Positions 39,510 to 49,093 of a DNA stretch of 64,000 nt are shown here, one piece after another (the first letter of the stretch is position 1; every line of letters begins with the position of its first letter). The stretch is taken from the IMG/VR virus record IMGVR_UViG_3300010283_000005, positions 64,001-128,000 of that record; one strand, written 5' to 3'. The notes under the pieces were generated by a model, which saw only the letters and a list, made by a program, of their open reading frames with translations, was not told where the DNA came from and ran no database searches. The translations under genes were made by a program, and so were the position numbers. Source of the DNA: a virus. Its lineage: Duplodnaviria; Caudoviricetes.

Positions 39510-40523
39510 ATGAAAGAATTTAATGAGAAGTTTGACATCACCAAGGTAGTGACTCCCTTGACGGAGCTCATCGTAGTCGATCCTGACACAGTTCAGGACT
39601 CTGGCAAGAACTATTATTCACTGAGCTCGGATGCAGCTAAACGACTTGCTAGCGTCACTAGTATGAACAATGCTACGTTCAGCCGTAAGCTGTATCAGAC
39701 TGATGCTGAGTGCTGGAGAATGCTCTTCAATAAGAAGACTTCTCTCAAGGAAGTAGCAGAACTTATGGCTAAGAATAATGCAGTACTGGTCGATGACAGT
39801 ATGCTGATGCTGGCTGAAGGAGATACTCATATCGAGGATGTAGTTCGTAGTATCAATAAGTTTGTCGAGGATGATTCCTTGAGTACTTGCTATCAGCTGT
39901 ATGATCAGAATCAGCTTATGGTAATTGCTACCAATGCTGAAACTCATCGTGGAGTACTGATTCAGTACTATATGTCTGCTAATTGGGTTGTAGTATCTAA
40001 CTGCTACTTCAATAAAGCTGAGAAGCATTTCTTCATCTCTCCGTTTACTGAGCTCGATGTACGAGTTGATGAGGATATTGAAGCTCTGATGGAGAAAGAT
40101 ACTCTGATCTCTAATAGTGGAGCATTTATCGAGATGGTTCTTGATAAGAATCGAGAGAGAATGGCTAATACATACATGTCTGTCGAGGAGTTCTGCTGGT
40201 ACATGAAGAAACTGTTCAAGATCAAGCTGACTATCGACAAATTCAGTATTTTTGATTATGCAGCTGATCATGAGGAACTCAGTGGTCGAGCTACTCAGCT
40301 GATGTCTGATCTGATCGATAAGTTCTATATCGATGATACTGATCCGATGCTGGTGAATGCAGCATGGCTGAAGAAGTCTATTCAGATGACTCGCATTAGT
40401 TATCAGGATTTCAGCAATCTGCTTGAAACTTTAGTCATCGAGGATGTGATTCCAGTGAATGTGCTTCAGGACTTCCAGTCCAAGGTTATCAAGAAGGATA
40501 CTCATTATAATCAGCTCAACTAA
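39510..40523 (+). CDS. Hypothetical protein
   Basis: 337-aa ORF with AAGGAGG RBS. Confidence 0.7.
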   Translation: MKEFNEKFDITKVVTPLTELIVVDPDTVQDSGKNYYSLSSDAAKRLASVTSMNNATFSRKLYQTDAECWRMLFNKKTSLKEVAELMAKNNAVLVDDSMLMLAEGDTHIEDVVRSINKFVEDDSLSTCYQLYDQNQLMVIATNAETHRGVLIQYYMSANWVVVSNCYFNKAEKHFFISPFTELDVRVDEDIEALMEKDTLISNSGAFIEMVLDKNRERMANTYMSVEEFCWYMKKLFKIKLTIDKFSIFDYAADHEELSGRATQLMSDLIDKFYIDDTDPMLVNAAWLKKSIQMTRISYQDFSNLLETLVIEDVIPVNVLQDFQSKVIKKDTHYNQLN

Positions 40524-40556
40524 TTCGAAAAATTTACTAAATAAAGTGATATTTCG

Positions 40557-40585
40557 GAGCAAATTAGCCTGTTCGGACGTTTATA
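40557..40585 (+). promoter_or_regulatory. Phage promoter motif GAGY-N17-CGTTTATA
   Basis: GAGC-17 nt-CGTTTATA; shares TTCGGAGCAAATTA with the 36728 copy. Confidence 0.75.
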
Positions 40586-40653
40586 TGTTTGGAAAGGTTG
40601 GAAAGCAAGCAACCTTGCTAAGAAACTTAATTCAAATATGGAGGATAACGAAC

Positions 40654-41193
40654 ATGGAAGAAGCAATGGTAATGACAGAAGACATAAGGAAGGCATTTGA
40701 GCCTAGAATCCAGCAACTGAATGCAATCGCTGAGGAGCTGATCGCTACAAATACGAAGGATGAGTACGGGTACCTGGTAACAGGAATCTCTAAGCTCACT
40801 TCAATGATGCTGGATTGCGAGCAGTACAACACGGAGATTGATCCTGATGGTGAGGCTATCCTGACGGAGCGAGTGGTCAAAGTTAATCGCTACATCAAGA
40901 ATGTGTTTCTTGACCTGCATGGTGTGGATCGTACCGTAGTCGGAGGATTGTTCATCGCAGTCCCAGTGTATCTGCTCCCTGCGAATAAGGTGAACAAGGC
41001 GATCAAGAACCGATACAAATCAGTGATCAATCCTGAGGAGTATGGACTTCCTAGTGAGGAAGTGTGCAACTACTGCACATTCAAACCGATCTCTGCAACT
41101 GCGTACATGGCAGTAGCTAAGTTTGAGGGCAACTATGCCAACGAGCTGATTACCACTGCACGAAACTATGATTACGTTTACCTCAAGAAATAA
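40654..41193 (+). CDS. Hypothetical protein
   Basis: GGAGG RBS before ATG 40654; the track start at 40459 is probably over-extended. Confidence 0.65.
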   Translation: MEEAMVMTEDIRKAFEPRIQQLNAIAEELIATNTKDEYGYLVTGISKLTSMMLDCEQYNTEIDPDGEAILTERVVKVNRYIKNVFLDLHGVDRTVVGGLFIAVPVYLLPANKVNKAIKNRYKSVINPEEYGLPSEEVCNYCTFKPISATAYMAVAKFEGNYANELITTARNYDYVYLKK

Positions 41194-41207
41194 GAGGGAC
41201 CTGAGAT

Positions 41208-42713
41208 ATGATAGAGATACTCAACAATTTCCTCAAGGTGAGAAGCTCCGATAAGGAGCTTTTCTCTATCCTTAAGGATTATCTCCGTATCGTCGATGAT
41301 TCTGATAAAGACAATGTTATCCTTCAAGACTTGTTTACAGTAGACGATAACGGAGACATGCTCATCCCTCGAGGTCTCGATCAGTTTATTCCAGATCAAG
41401 TCCCTAGGGTGAATCAGGAGAAGATTCTGATACCTAGGGACTTTTCTATTGATTACGAAAACCTAGCTCATAAATTCGGTAGCATTGTAATGAGAGATGA
41501 TCAGTTAATTGGTATCAGAAAGATGCTTATGCTAAGACGAGGTATCATGCAGTTAGCTACTGGAGCAGGTAAAACGGAAATCATGACAGGATTCCTGATG
41601 GCACTCGAGGAGATATGTGGTAAATATCCTACCACGATTATACTTGAGCCTACTACTTTGCTAGTTGATGCAACTGTAGAGAGGATGAATAAGTACGGAG
41701 TACCTGCAGTGCCTTATTCTGAATCTAGAGGAGTGATCGAAGGGATCATGGTCACTCACCCTAGCTCACTTAATAATGATCTCAAGAAGAATCCAGACTT
41801 ACTGAAGAATCTGAAAGTATTCCTTAGTGATGAAGGTCATCATCTGCAGGCAGATACTTGGAATCGCTTACTGAAGAGTGCTCCTGGTATCGAATTCAGC
41901 ATAGCTATGTCAGCCTCAGTAATTAACCCTGCTAGGATTCCAGTGACTGAGCTTAATCACTTGGATTATGGCGAAGCACTAGTGATCGGAGCTACTGGCA
42001 ATATCATACTGAACATACCTCCATCATTCTACATCGAAGCTGGAATTCTAGCTACTCCAATTCTGTACCGAATCATGAATAGTGCTGATGAATGGATCAA
42101 GCGAGATAATGATTGGCATCAGATTCGTAAGTATCGATTGGAATCTCCTAAGCGTACTATGCTTCTAGCTAAAATCTCGACATTCTTAGCTAGTGTCCAT
42201 TATAAGAGCCTGATCCTAGTAGGTACTAAGGAGCATGCATATCGTATCCTGGAGCTAGTACATTCCTATGGATTAGGAGATGTCTGCAGATGCTCATTCG
42301 GAGGAGGAGTGTACTTCAAGTACGATAATCAGTCAGATAAAGTAGTCAAATGCAAGAATGAGGATACTATGGATGGCTTTAAATCTGGGGAGTTCAAGAT
42401 TCTGATCGGTACTTCTCATATCTATGAAGGAGCTGATATCCCTGACTTGGATGTGATTATTCTAGCTAGTGTAGGCAAGGGACTGAGGAAGTACATTCAG
42501 GGAGTAGGTAGAGGACTTCGTAGAAGCAAGACAGGTAAGTATGCTCATATTGTTGACTTTACTGATCATTATGATCGAGTTCTAAATAAGCATAGCTTGG
42601 ATAGACTAGACATGTTCAGAACTGTGATTGGAGTCAGCGATACTAACATCTATGAATCCTTGAGTTTTGAGAGATTCAAGGAAGTATTCTGTAGAATCGA
42701 AGGAATCTGCTGA
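41208..42713 (+). CDS. SF2 DNA helicase (UvsW-like)
   Basis: ATGAGKT, DEGHH, SAS, EGADIP and QGVGRGLR motifs. Confidence 0.9.
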   Translation: MIEILNNFLKVRSSDKELFSILKDYLRIVDDSDKDNVILQDLFTVDDNGDMLIPRGLDQFIPDQVPRVNQEKILIPRDFSIDYENLAHKFGSIVMRDDQLIGIRKMLMLRRGIMQLATGAGKTEIMTGFLMALEEICGKYPTTIILEPTTLLVDATVERMNKYGVPAVPYSESRGVIEGIMVTHPSSLNNDLKKNPDLLKNLKVFLSDEGHHLQADTWNRLLKSAPGIEFSIAMSASVINPARIPVTELNHLDYGEALVIGATGNIILNIPPSFYIEAGILATPILYRIMNSADEWIKRDNDWHQIRKYRLESPKRTMLLAKISTFLASVHYKSLILVGTKEHAYRILELVHSYGLGDVCRCSFGGGVYFKYDNQSDKVVKCKNEDTMDGFKSGEFKILIGTSHIYEGADIPDLDVIILASVGKGLRKYIQGVGRGLRRSKTGKYAHIVDFTDHYDRVLNKHSLDRLDMFRTVIGVSDTNIYESLSFERFKEVFCRIEGIC

Positions 42714-42742
42714 GAGCTCAATGAAGCTCTAGAACGTTTATA
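42714..42742 (+). promoter_or_regulatory. Phage promoter motif GAGY-N17-CGTTTATA
   Basis: GAGC-17 nt-CGTTTATA. Confidence 0.75.
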
Positions 42743-42771
42743 CTTGTGTAAGTTGAAGGAGGTAGCTTAAA

Positions 42772-45234
42772 TTGAATATCGAATCGTCATCCGAGTTTCA
42801 ACGCATCGTACTGTCAACTGTGATCAAAGATACCTACATGTTCACTCGAACTAGTAGATACATAACTGAGGAATTTTACGATAAGTATCAGTACAAGCTT
42901 ATCTACAAGTCTCTGAAGTACTACTACGATAAGTACTCCAAACTTCCTAGTCTGGATGAATTGTTGGTAGTTATCGCTGAGTTCAATAATTCTCAGGTAT
43001 GTGATCTTAATACAGTCCGACAGGAGTGCATTGATCTCTATAATACTCCTCGTTATGAGGAAAATTTCGTGATGGATAAAATCACTACGTTCATTCGTAG
43101 AAATAATGTTGAGAAGACTTTGAAGGATTATCTTCCTAAGCTCAACAATGGTGAGTCCATTGCAATTGATACAATTGGTGAGGAACTCATGAAGGGATTG
43201 AGTTTTAGCATCATGAAATCTTCAGCATTCCGTCTTAGTGATGTGAATGAAATCTCTTCAGTACGTAAATCTGCAATTGGTACTGAAGATAATCCCTTGA
43301 TTATCAAGTCCTTTATTGAAGGCATCAATCAGTCCTTGCAGTTCAAGGGTTATAAACCTGGAGATCTGATCATGGTATGCCTAGTAGGCAGTACTAAGAT
43401 CATGACTCTCGATGGAAAACCTCATACTATTGAGGAACTTTATGATTTATCTCAGAAGGGAATCAATAAGGGTATATATACAATCGATCCTTACGAGATG
43501 AAGAAAGATCGTTATTGTGCAGTCGAACCTACTACCTATGCTAAAGTCGAACTTACTAAATATGTGACTGATACAGTAAGAATTACCCTTGATAATGGAT
43601 CTATAGTAGAAACTACTCCTGATCATCGATTCTTACTCAGATCAGGAGAGTATGTAGAAGCTATTGACTTAAGTATCGACGATTCTTTGATGCCTATTTA
43701 CAAAGATTATCGTAGAGTAGCTCCTCAGGATCTAGTAGATAAGTCTGAAGGCTATGAGTGCATCAGGGATGGAAATGGTAGATGGGATTATACTCATCGT
43801 AGAGTAGCAGAACTTATTCCAGGTATATCTGAGTATAATTCTCAAGTACATCATCTCGATGATAATCGTCTCAATAATGATTTTGATAACCTAGGCTGGA
43901 TATCTAGATCAGAGCATATGTCTATTACTAGCAAAGCTAGAGCTGCTAGAGGAGAGATCCTAGGCAGACCTTATAGAAAAGGTGAGCATCATGGTAGAGA
44001 GATTCGAAAGGGAGAGCATCTGAGTCCTGCTACTGAGTACACTTCTGAATACATCAGAGATCGTAATCTCAGGAATTGGAGTGATCCTGATTATCGTGCT
44101 AAGATGACTGAACACATGCTTAGAATTGCTAAGGATCCTGAAATTCTCAGGAAACGAGAAGTCAGTAGAGTTCTCAAAGCACTAAATAGAATCATTGCAG
44201 TATATGGTAGAGATCAGGTTACAATTGAGAGCTATCAGAATCTGATCCCTTCTGCTGGAAGTAGAAAACCTACTATCTGGAATATAGCTGATAAGTTCAA
44301 CTGTTTGAATGAATCTAATGAGGTAGATGAAAATCTTCTAGAAAGTCGTTGGGATGAAATCCTTGATAAGGCTGAAAGTTTCAATCATTATATTGTCAAT
44401 ATTGAATATGTTCACTATGATGAAGCTATCCCAGTATATGATATCATCAATGCTGGACCTTACAATAACTTTGCTATTGATTTAGGAGATGATTCTGGAA
44501 TCTTTGTGCATAATTGTGCTGCACCTGGTGTCGGTAAAACTATGTTCATGATCAATGAAGGTGCGAATGCATCCATGCAGGGATTCAAAGTTCTGCACTT
44601 ATTCTTGGGAGATATGAAAGAGTACGATGGATTTGTTAGATACTCGTCCAAGTACACTCAGATTCCTCAGGATGACATCGTAGGAATGTCGATTGAGCAA
44701 CAGCAAGAAATGATCAGAAAGTTCAATATGCAAGGGTACTTCTCGAACATTGTAGTTGCTGCTTATGCTGCTGGTGAAATCACTATCGATGAAATGGTGC
44801 AGGAAGTTTATCGACTTCAGGATGAAAATCATATGCATTTTGATATGATTTTAGTAGACTATGCGGATAACTTACTTCCTGATTCTGATATGATGTATGA
44901 ATCAGGTGGTAATATCTATAATAAGCTGTCACTCTTAGGCTCCAAGAATCGTAGTGTAATCATTGTAGGTTCTCAGCCTAAGCCAGCGTACTGGGATGAT
45001 GAAATCATTCCTAAGAATGCTGCTGCTGATTCAAGTAGAAAGCAGCATGTCATTGATGTGATGCTCACTATGGGTATGACCAATCGAGGGTCAAGCATTG
45101 GCTCGATCTTCATGCCTAAGGTCAGACGAGGTAGTGAGGGCAAAATTATTCGTATCCAAACCTACTTCGAGAGAGCTCATCTGGAAGCTATCTCTGAACA
45201 GGAATACCTGAAGTTGAAAGGTGGGCAAGGATAA
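42772..45234 (+). CDS. dnaB: Replicative DnaB-like helicase containing an intein
   Basis: Exteins join as GDLIMV/CAAPGVGKT; LVDYAD, SQ and ADS..K motifs. Confidence 0.85.
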   Translation: MNIESSSEFQRIVLSTVIKDTYMFTRTSRYITEEFYDKYQYKLIYKSLKYYYDKYSKLPSLDELLVVIAEFNNSQVCDLNTVRQECIDLYNTPRYEENFVMDKITTFIRRNNVEKTLKDYLPKLNNGESIAIDTIGEELMKGLSFSIMKSSAFRLSDVNEISSVRKSAIGTEDNPLIIKSFIEGINQSLQFKGYKPGDLIMVCLVGSTKIMTLDGKPHTIEELYDLSQKGINKGIYTIDPYEMKKDRYCAVEPTTYAKVELTKYVTDTVRITLDNGSIVETTPDHRFLLRSGEYVEAIDLSIDDSLMPIYKDYRRVAPQDLVDKSEGYECIRDGNGRWDYTHRRVAELIPGISEYNSQVHHLDDNRLNNDFDNLGWISRSEHMSITSKARAARGEILGRPYRKGEHHGREIRKGEHLSPATEYTSEYIRDRNLRNWSDPDYRAKMTEHMLRIAKDPEILRKREVSRVLKALNRIIAVYGRDQVTIESYQNLIPSAGSRKPTIWNIADKFNCLNESNEVDENLLESRWDEILDKAESFNHYIVNIEYVHYDEAIPVYDIINAGPYNNFAIDLGDDSGIFVHNCAAPGVGKTMFMINEGANASMQGFKVLHLFLGDMKEYDGFVRYSSKYTQIPQDDIVGMSIEQQQEMIRKFNMQGYFSNIVVAAYAAGEITIDEMVQEVYRLQDENHMHFDMILVDYADNLLPDSDMMYESGGNIYNKLSLLGSKNRSVIIVGSQPKPAYWDDEIIPKNAAADSSRKQHVIDVMLTMGMTNRGSSIGSIFMPKVRRGSEGKIIRIQTYFERAHLEAISEQEYLKLKGGQG
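43378..44514 (+). mobile_element. Intein (379 aa) with HNH endonuclease
   Basis: Begins CLVGSTKI; block B TPDHRF; HHLDDNRLNN..NL HNH; ends VYD...NF...GIFVHN followed by Cys+1. Confidence 0.93.
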
Positions 45235-45265
45235 TTAAGGAGTGTAATTAAGGAGTGTGGAGAAC

Positions 45266-45433
45266 ATGTCAAATTATAATGTAGGTCAGGTTATAATTCA
45301 CGAAGGAAGAAGATGTAAGATCACTAAGCTAACTGATCATACTGCTAAGCTGGTAAACTTAAGTCCGATCGGTCCTAATGACTGGAAGACTTTAGAAATA
45401 TTACTTATGGATATTAAGGAGGAACTGAAATGA
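45266..45433 (+). CDS. 55-aa hypothetical protein (not in ORF track)
   Basis: AAGGAG RBS; MSNYNVGQVIIHEGRRCKI...; stop overlaps the next ATG (ATGA). Confidence 0.6.
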   Translation: MSNYNVGQVIIHEGRRCKITKLTDHTAKLVNLSPIGPNDWKTLEILLMDIKEELK

Positions 45434-46110
45434 ATAACTCATTCTTGGAACTTATCAATTGTCCTGCATTGAATACGGACAATGCAGTACGATACTCTCT
45501 GATGTATCAGACTAAGCCTGAGAGCTTAGCTGATCACATCGCTGACGTATCAGTACTCTCTTACCTGCTCACACTTCGACTCAACAACTATGGTGAGAAT
45601 CTCGATGTAGGCAAGGTACTGGAAAAGGTACTTCTTCATGATCTCGATGAAGTCTTGACTGGTGACATTCCTCGTAGTACTAAGTACTACTCTGAGGATG
45701 GTCTGAACGCTATGCGTGGAGTCGCACTTGATGCAATCACTAAGTTATCTGAAGGACTGGTCGGTGGAGAAGGCATCGTTGAGAAGTGGAAGTTAGCTAA
45801 GTCAGAGCGAGAAGGAGCAATCCTGGTAATCGCTGATATGATCTGTGTAGCTAGAAAAACAGTTACTGAGGTCAAAATCCTTGGCAATGGTTATTTCCTT
45901 AAGGTAGCTTACGAGATGCTCGATAATCTGAAAGGTTTGAGAGCTGAGCTTGAATCTGGAGAGATGAGTACATTCAATGATCAATCCAAGGCTTACATAA
46001 ATCAGCTGATTCATGATGCTATTGAGATTATGGATGAATTGCTCAGTAGCGATGATCGTCTGAGCCGATATGGAGTTGATCAGAATGTCTTCAGAAAGAA
46101 GAGTCAGTGA
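45430..46110 (+). CDS. HD-domain deoxynucleotide phosphohydrolase (YfbR/DatZ-like)
   Basis: RY...ESLADH, LLHDLDEVLTGDIP...K and AD motifs. Confidence 0.85.
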   Translation: MNNSFLELINCPALNTDNAVRYSLMYQTKPESLADHIADVSVLSYLLTLRLNNYGENLDVGKVLEKVLLHDLDEVLTGDIPRSTKYYSEDGLNAMRGVALDAITKLSEGLVGGEGIVEKWKLAKSEREGAILVIADMICVARKTVTEVKILGNGYFLKVAYEMLDNLKGLRAELESGEMSTFNDQSKAYINQLIHDAIEIMDELLSSDDRLSRYGVDQNVFRKKSQ

Positions 46111-46784
46111 TGTATGGCTACATCTATAAGACTACCAACTTAATCAATGGCAAGATTTACATCGGTAAGAAAACTTCTGAGAAATTCGATCCTAATTACA
46201 AGGGATCAGGTAAAATCCTCAAGCAAGCTATCAAGAAGTATGGTTGGGATAACTTTCAAGTTGAGCTAATATGCGAATGCTCATCTCCTGAGGAGCTCAA
46301 TTCTCAGGAGAGAGCTATGATTATCAAGTATGATAGTAGAATTCCTCAAGGTAAAGGCTATAATATATCTGAAGGAGGAGACTGGGGAGATATCTCGAAG
46401 GGATTAACTCCTGAGCAGTATACTTCTTGGAATCAGCATAAAAGTGAAGCTCAGAAAGGTCAGAAATTCACTAAGGAGCACTGTCTGCATATCTCGCAGG
46501 CTATGCAAGGTGAGAATAACCATTGTTACGGTAAGCGAGGACCTGATTCTCACAATTATGGAAAGAAGCATCCTAATCGTACATTTCATAGGATTTGCCG
46601 AGAATGTGGAGCTGAATTCATAAGTAGATCTAATCGTGCTTTGATTTGTGATCAATGCAGAGAGATCCTCAAAAGACCTAAGAATCCTAATAGAATATTC
46701 AAGGTAGTTTGCTTGGAGTGTGGATCAGAGTTTCAGAGTTATTCTAATAATCCTAGGCAGAAATGCCCAGCATGCAGGAGGTGA
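46110..46784 (+). CDS. GIY-YIG homing endonuclease with two C-terminal Zn-ribbon repeats (HEG3)
   Basis: YIYKTTNLINGKIYIG; two copies of C..CG.EF.S.SN....C..C. Confidence 0.9.
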   Translation: MYGYIYKTTNLINGKIYIGKKTSEKFDPNYKGSGKILKQAIKKYGWDNFQVELICECSSPEELNSQERAMIIKYDSRIPQGKGYNISEGGDWGDISKGLTPEQYTSWNQHKSEAQKGQKFTKEHCLHISQAMQGENNHCYGKRGPDSHNYGKKHPNRTFHRICRECGAEFISRSNRALICDQCREILKRPKNPNRIFKVVCLECGSEFQSYSNNPRQKCPACRR

Positions 46785-46788
46785 TCAA

Positions 46789-47784
46789 GTGACTGTTAAT
46801 ATCTATAATAAGAAAAACTACATCATATCTCAGATGGGAGAAGATTATATAGATGCAGGTCACTTCGAGATGAGGTATCAATGTCCATTCTGTATGGATC
46901 AAGGACTTCGTTATGATGATTACAAATTGTATGTGAATTATGCCAAGGGAGTTTATTGGTGCCACCGATGTGAGTCAACTGGTATCATTCAGATGGATTC
47001 ATTGCTCACTCAGGGTTCTAATTCTGATGCTTCCAATTATCTTGAAGCATATATGAAAGCATTGAGTGGTAGTGATTCTAATTCTGAAGAAGAATCTAAT
47101 TACTATCTGATTCCTAAGAATATACCAATGCCTGGCACCTTAGCTTGGGATTATCTGATTTCTAGAGGAATAACTCCAGCAGATATGAGCTTCTACAATA
47201 TCAGAATTCCTGGATTGCATGATGAATCTAAATTTAAGGGTAGAATCATCATCCCTAATAAGGTCATCAGTAATATATGGACTGACTTGTACGTAGCTAG
47301 AACATTCATTGATGATCCAGTTCGTTATAAGAATCCATCTTCAAGTAAGGCTCACGATATAGTATTCAATTTGCATCGGATACCTGATAATCCTGAGCGT
47401 ATCATCTTGAATGAGGGTGCCATAAATTCGATAATTGCTGGAACTGATTCGATTGCTACTTATGGCAAGCACGTATCAGATATTCAGCTTAACCAGATTC
47501 TGCAGAAGCATCCTAAGAGACTATATGTATCATTAGATACTGATGCAGAGAATATCGCTGAAGAGTTGTGCAGGAGAATCAAATCCCTTAGTGATACTAA
47601 GTTATATCTATTGGAACTCCCTCAGGTTTGGAGTGAGTCTGATAAGAAATACAAGGGATTGGATGCTTCTGATCTAGGTAGAGATAGATACTTAGGATAT
47701 GTAGACTCGGCTAGAGAGTACACTTCTAGTAGTATCTTCACTATCGAGAAGTACATGACTTCTATAGTGGATGGAGCTAAATGA
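46789..47784 (+). CDS. DNA primase (Zn finger + TOPRIM)
   Basis: CPFC..CHRC, YL.SRG, RIIIP, Y.NP, EG, LDTDA and DASD; GTG start after AGGAGG. Confidence 0.85.
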   Translation: MTVNIYNKKNYIISQMGEDYIDAGHFEMRYQCPFCMDQGLRYDDYKLYVNYAKGVYWCHRCESTGIIQMDSLLTQGSNSDASNYLEAYMKALSGSDSNSEEESNYYLIPKNIPMPGTLAWDYLISRGITPADMSFYNIRIPGLHDESKFKGRIIIPNKVISNIWTDLYVARTFIDDPVRYKNPSSSKAHDIVFNLHRIPDNPERIILNEGAINSIIAGTDSIATYGKHVSDIQLNQILQKHPKRLYVSLDTDAENIAEELCRRIKSLSDTKLYLLELPQVWSESDKKYKGLDASDLGRDRYLGYVDSAREYTSSSIFTIEKYMTSIVDGAK

Positions 47785-47802
47785 GCTCCTCAACCGTTTA
47801 TA
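47774..47802 (+). promoter_or_regulatory. Phage promoter motif GAGY-N17-CGTTTATA
   Basis: GAGC-17 nt-CGTTTATA. Confidence 0.75.
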
Positions 47803-47905
47803 CTTATGTAAGGGTCGGACCAACTCAGCAATGGGTTGAGACTTCTTAATAAAGATCTGTATGATCTAAGAACAACAAAACTAAGTCGTAAAGGAGAACA
47901 AAGAA

Positions 47906-49021
47906 ATGAGTAATGTACCAGGAATCGATCTAGGTAATGTGCTTGCTCAGGCAGCACAGGTAACTCAGGAGCAGTCTGAGAAGGATAATGCTGGCAATAT
48001 GAAGTTGTTGTATCCTCAGAATGGTGAACTGAAAGTTCGTCTGCTCTACAATCAGCCGTCAGGCGTAGTGATGAGAAAGTTTGAGCGTCATAAAATCAAT
48101 GGTTCTCAGATTACTTGTCTCACTAATTATGGTCAGGAATGCCCTGTCTGCAAGATGTTGGATAACATCCAGAATGTCAAGGGTGCTGATCTCTGGCAGT
48201 TAAAGCGTACTACTCGTGGTATTGCTTATGCCGAGTTCATCGAAGCTAACTACAGATGGGATAATCCTCAGGATGCTCCTGCTAAGGGAGAGATCGTGTT
48301 ACTGATGTTCCCGTGGACGGTCTACACTGATCTGAATCGACTGATCAACAGTGCTGGTCAGAATATCTACAATCTGATCGCATCCAATGTAGGTGGAGTC
48401 TTCAAGATTTCTCGTTGGGTGGAGAAAGGTCAGACTAAGTATCGTGCTGAAATTGATCCGTTTGATCAGAATCATCAGACTTGTGCTACCGAGGATGAGT
48501 ATCAGAAGCTCATCATGGAGCTTCCTTCTCTGAACGAGAAGTTCGTACCAATCGAAATCAATGACAACATTATCAAGGCTGCTAAGAACTGTGCAGATGA
48601 GCTCAATGCAGAGTATCTGTCTCCGAATGTTTATCAGCCTAACGTAGGTAATGCTGGAAGCAATCTGGGAGTTTATGCTGCTCCTGCAGCTCCGTCGACT
48701 CCGACTCCTCCTCCGGCATCTGCTCCTCAGACCTATACTGATCCAAACTCCGGGATTACATATGATCTGATCAACAATCAGTGGGTACCTCGTCCTGCAG
48801 CTCCAGCACCTAGTGCTCCGTCAATGCCTCCGATGGGAGGTCCATCTCTTCCGCCAACTAATGCTGGTCAGCCTGCGGCACCTAGCGCACCTAGTATGCC
48901 TAGTGCATCTAGCAACAATCCTCCTTGCTTCGGCAAGCATGGATCCGCTGAAGTCAATGCCAATCAGTGCTTAGTATGCCCTAACGAAGCTACTTGCAAG
49001 ATGAGCTCAGGCGGTAGATAA
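47906..49021 (+). CDS. ssDNA-binding protein (T4 gp32-like) with Pro-rich tail
   Basis: KVRLL, H...C...G..CPVC Zn site; lies between primase and recA. Confidence 0.7.
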   Translation: MSNVPGIDLGNVLAQAAQVTQEQSEKDNAGNMKLLYPQNGELKVRLLYNQPSGVVMRKFERHKINGSQITCLTNYGQECPVCKMLDNIQNVKGADLWQLKRTTRGIAYAEFIEANYRWDNPQDAPAKGEIVLLMFPWTVYTDLNRLINSAGQNIYNLIASNVGGVFKISRWVEKGQTKYRAEIDPFDQNHQTCATEDEYQKLIMELPSLNEKFVPIEINDNIIKAAKNCADELNAEYLSPNVYQPNVGNAGSNLGVYAAPAAPSTPTPPPASAPQTYTDPNSGITYDLINNQWVPRPAAPAPSAPSMPPMGGPSLPPTNAGQPAAPSAPSMPSASSNNPPCFGKHGSAEVNANQCLVCPNEATCKMSSGGR

Positions 49022-49028
49022 ATCTCGG

Positions 49029-49070
49029 TGGGGTTAGTGCTATCATATGGGTAGCCTAACCCCATTTTTA
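49029..49070 (+). terminator. Intrinsic terminator
   Basis: TGGGGTTAG...CTAACCCCA followed by a T-run. Confidence 0.75.
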
Positions 49071-49093
49071 TTATTAATCAGGAGGTAACTTTA

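Noticed and set aside
45232-45257. 13-bp tandem duplication TAATTAAGGAGTG x2
   Set aside because: Real, but most simply a slippage duplication of stop+RBS with no associated element.
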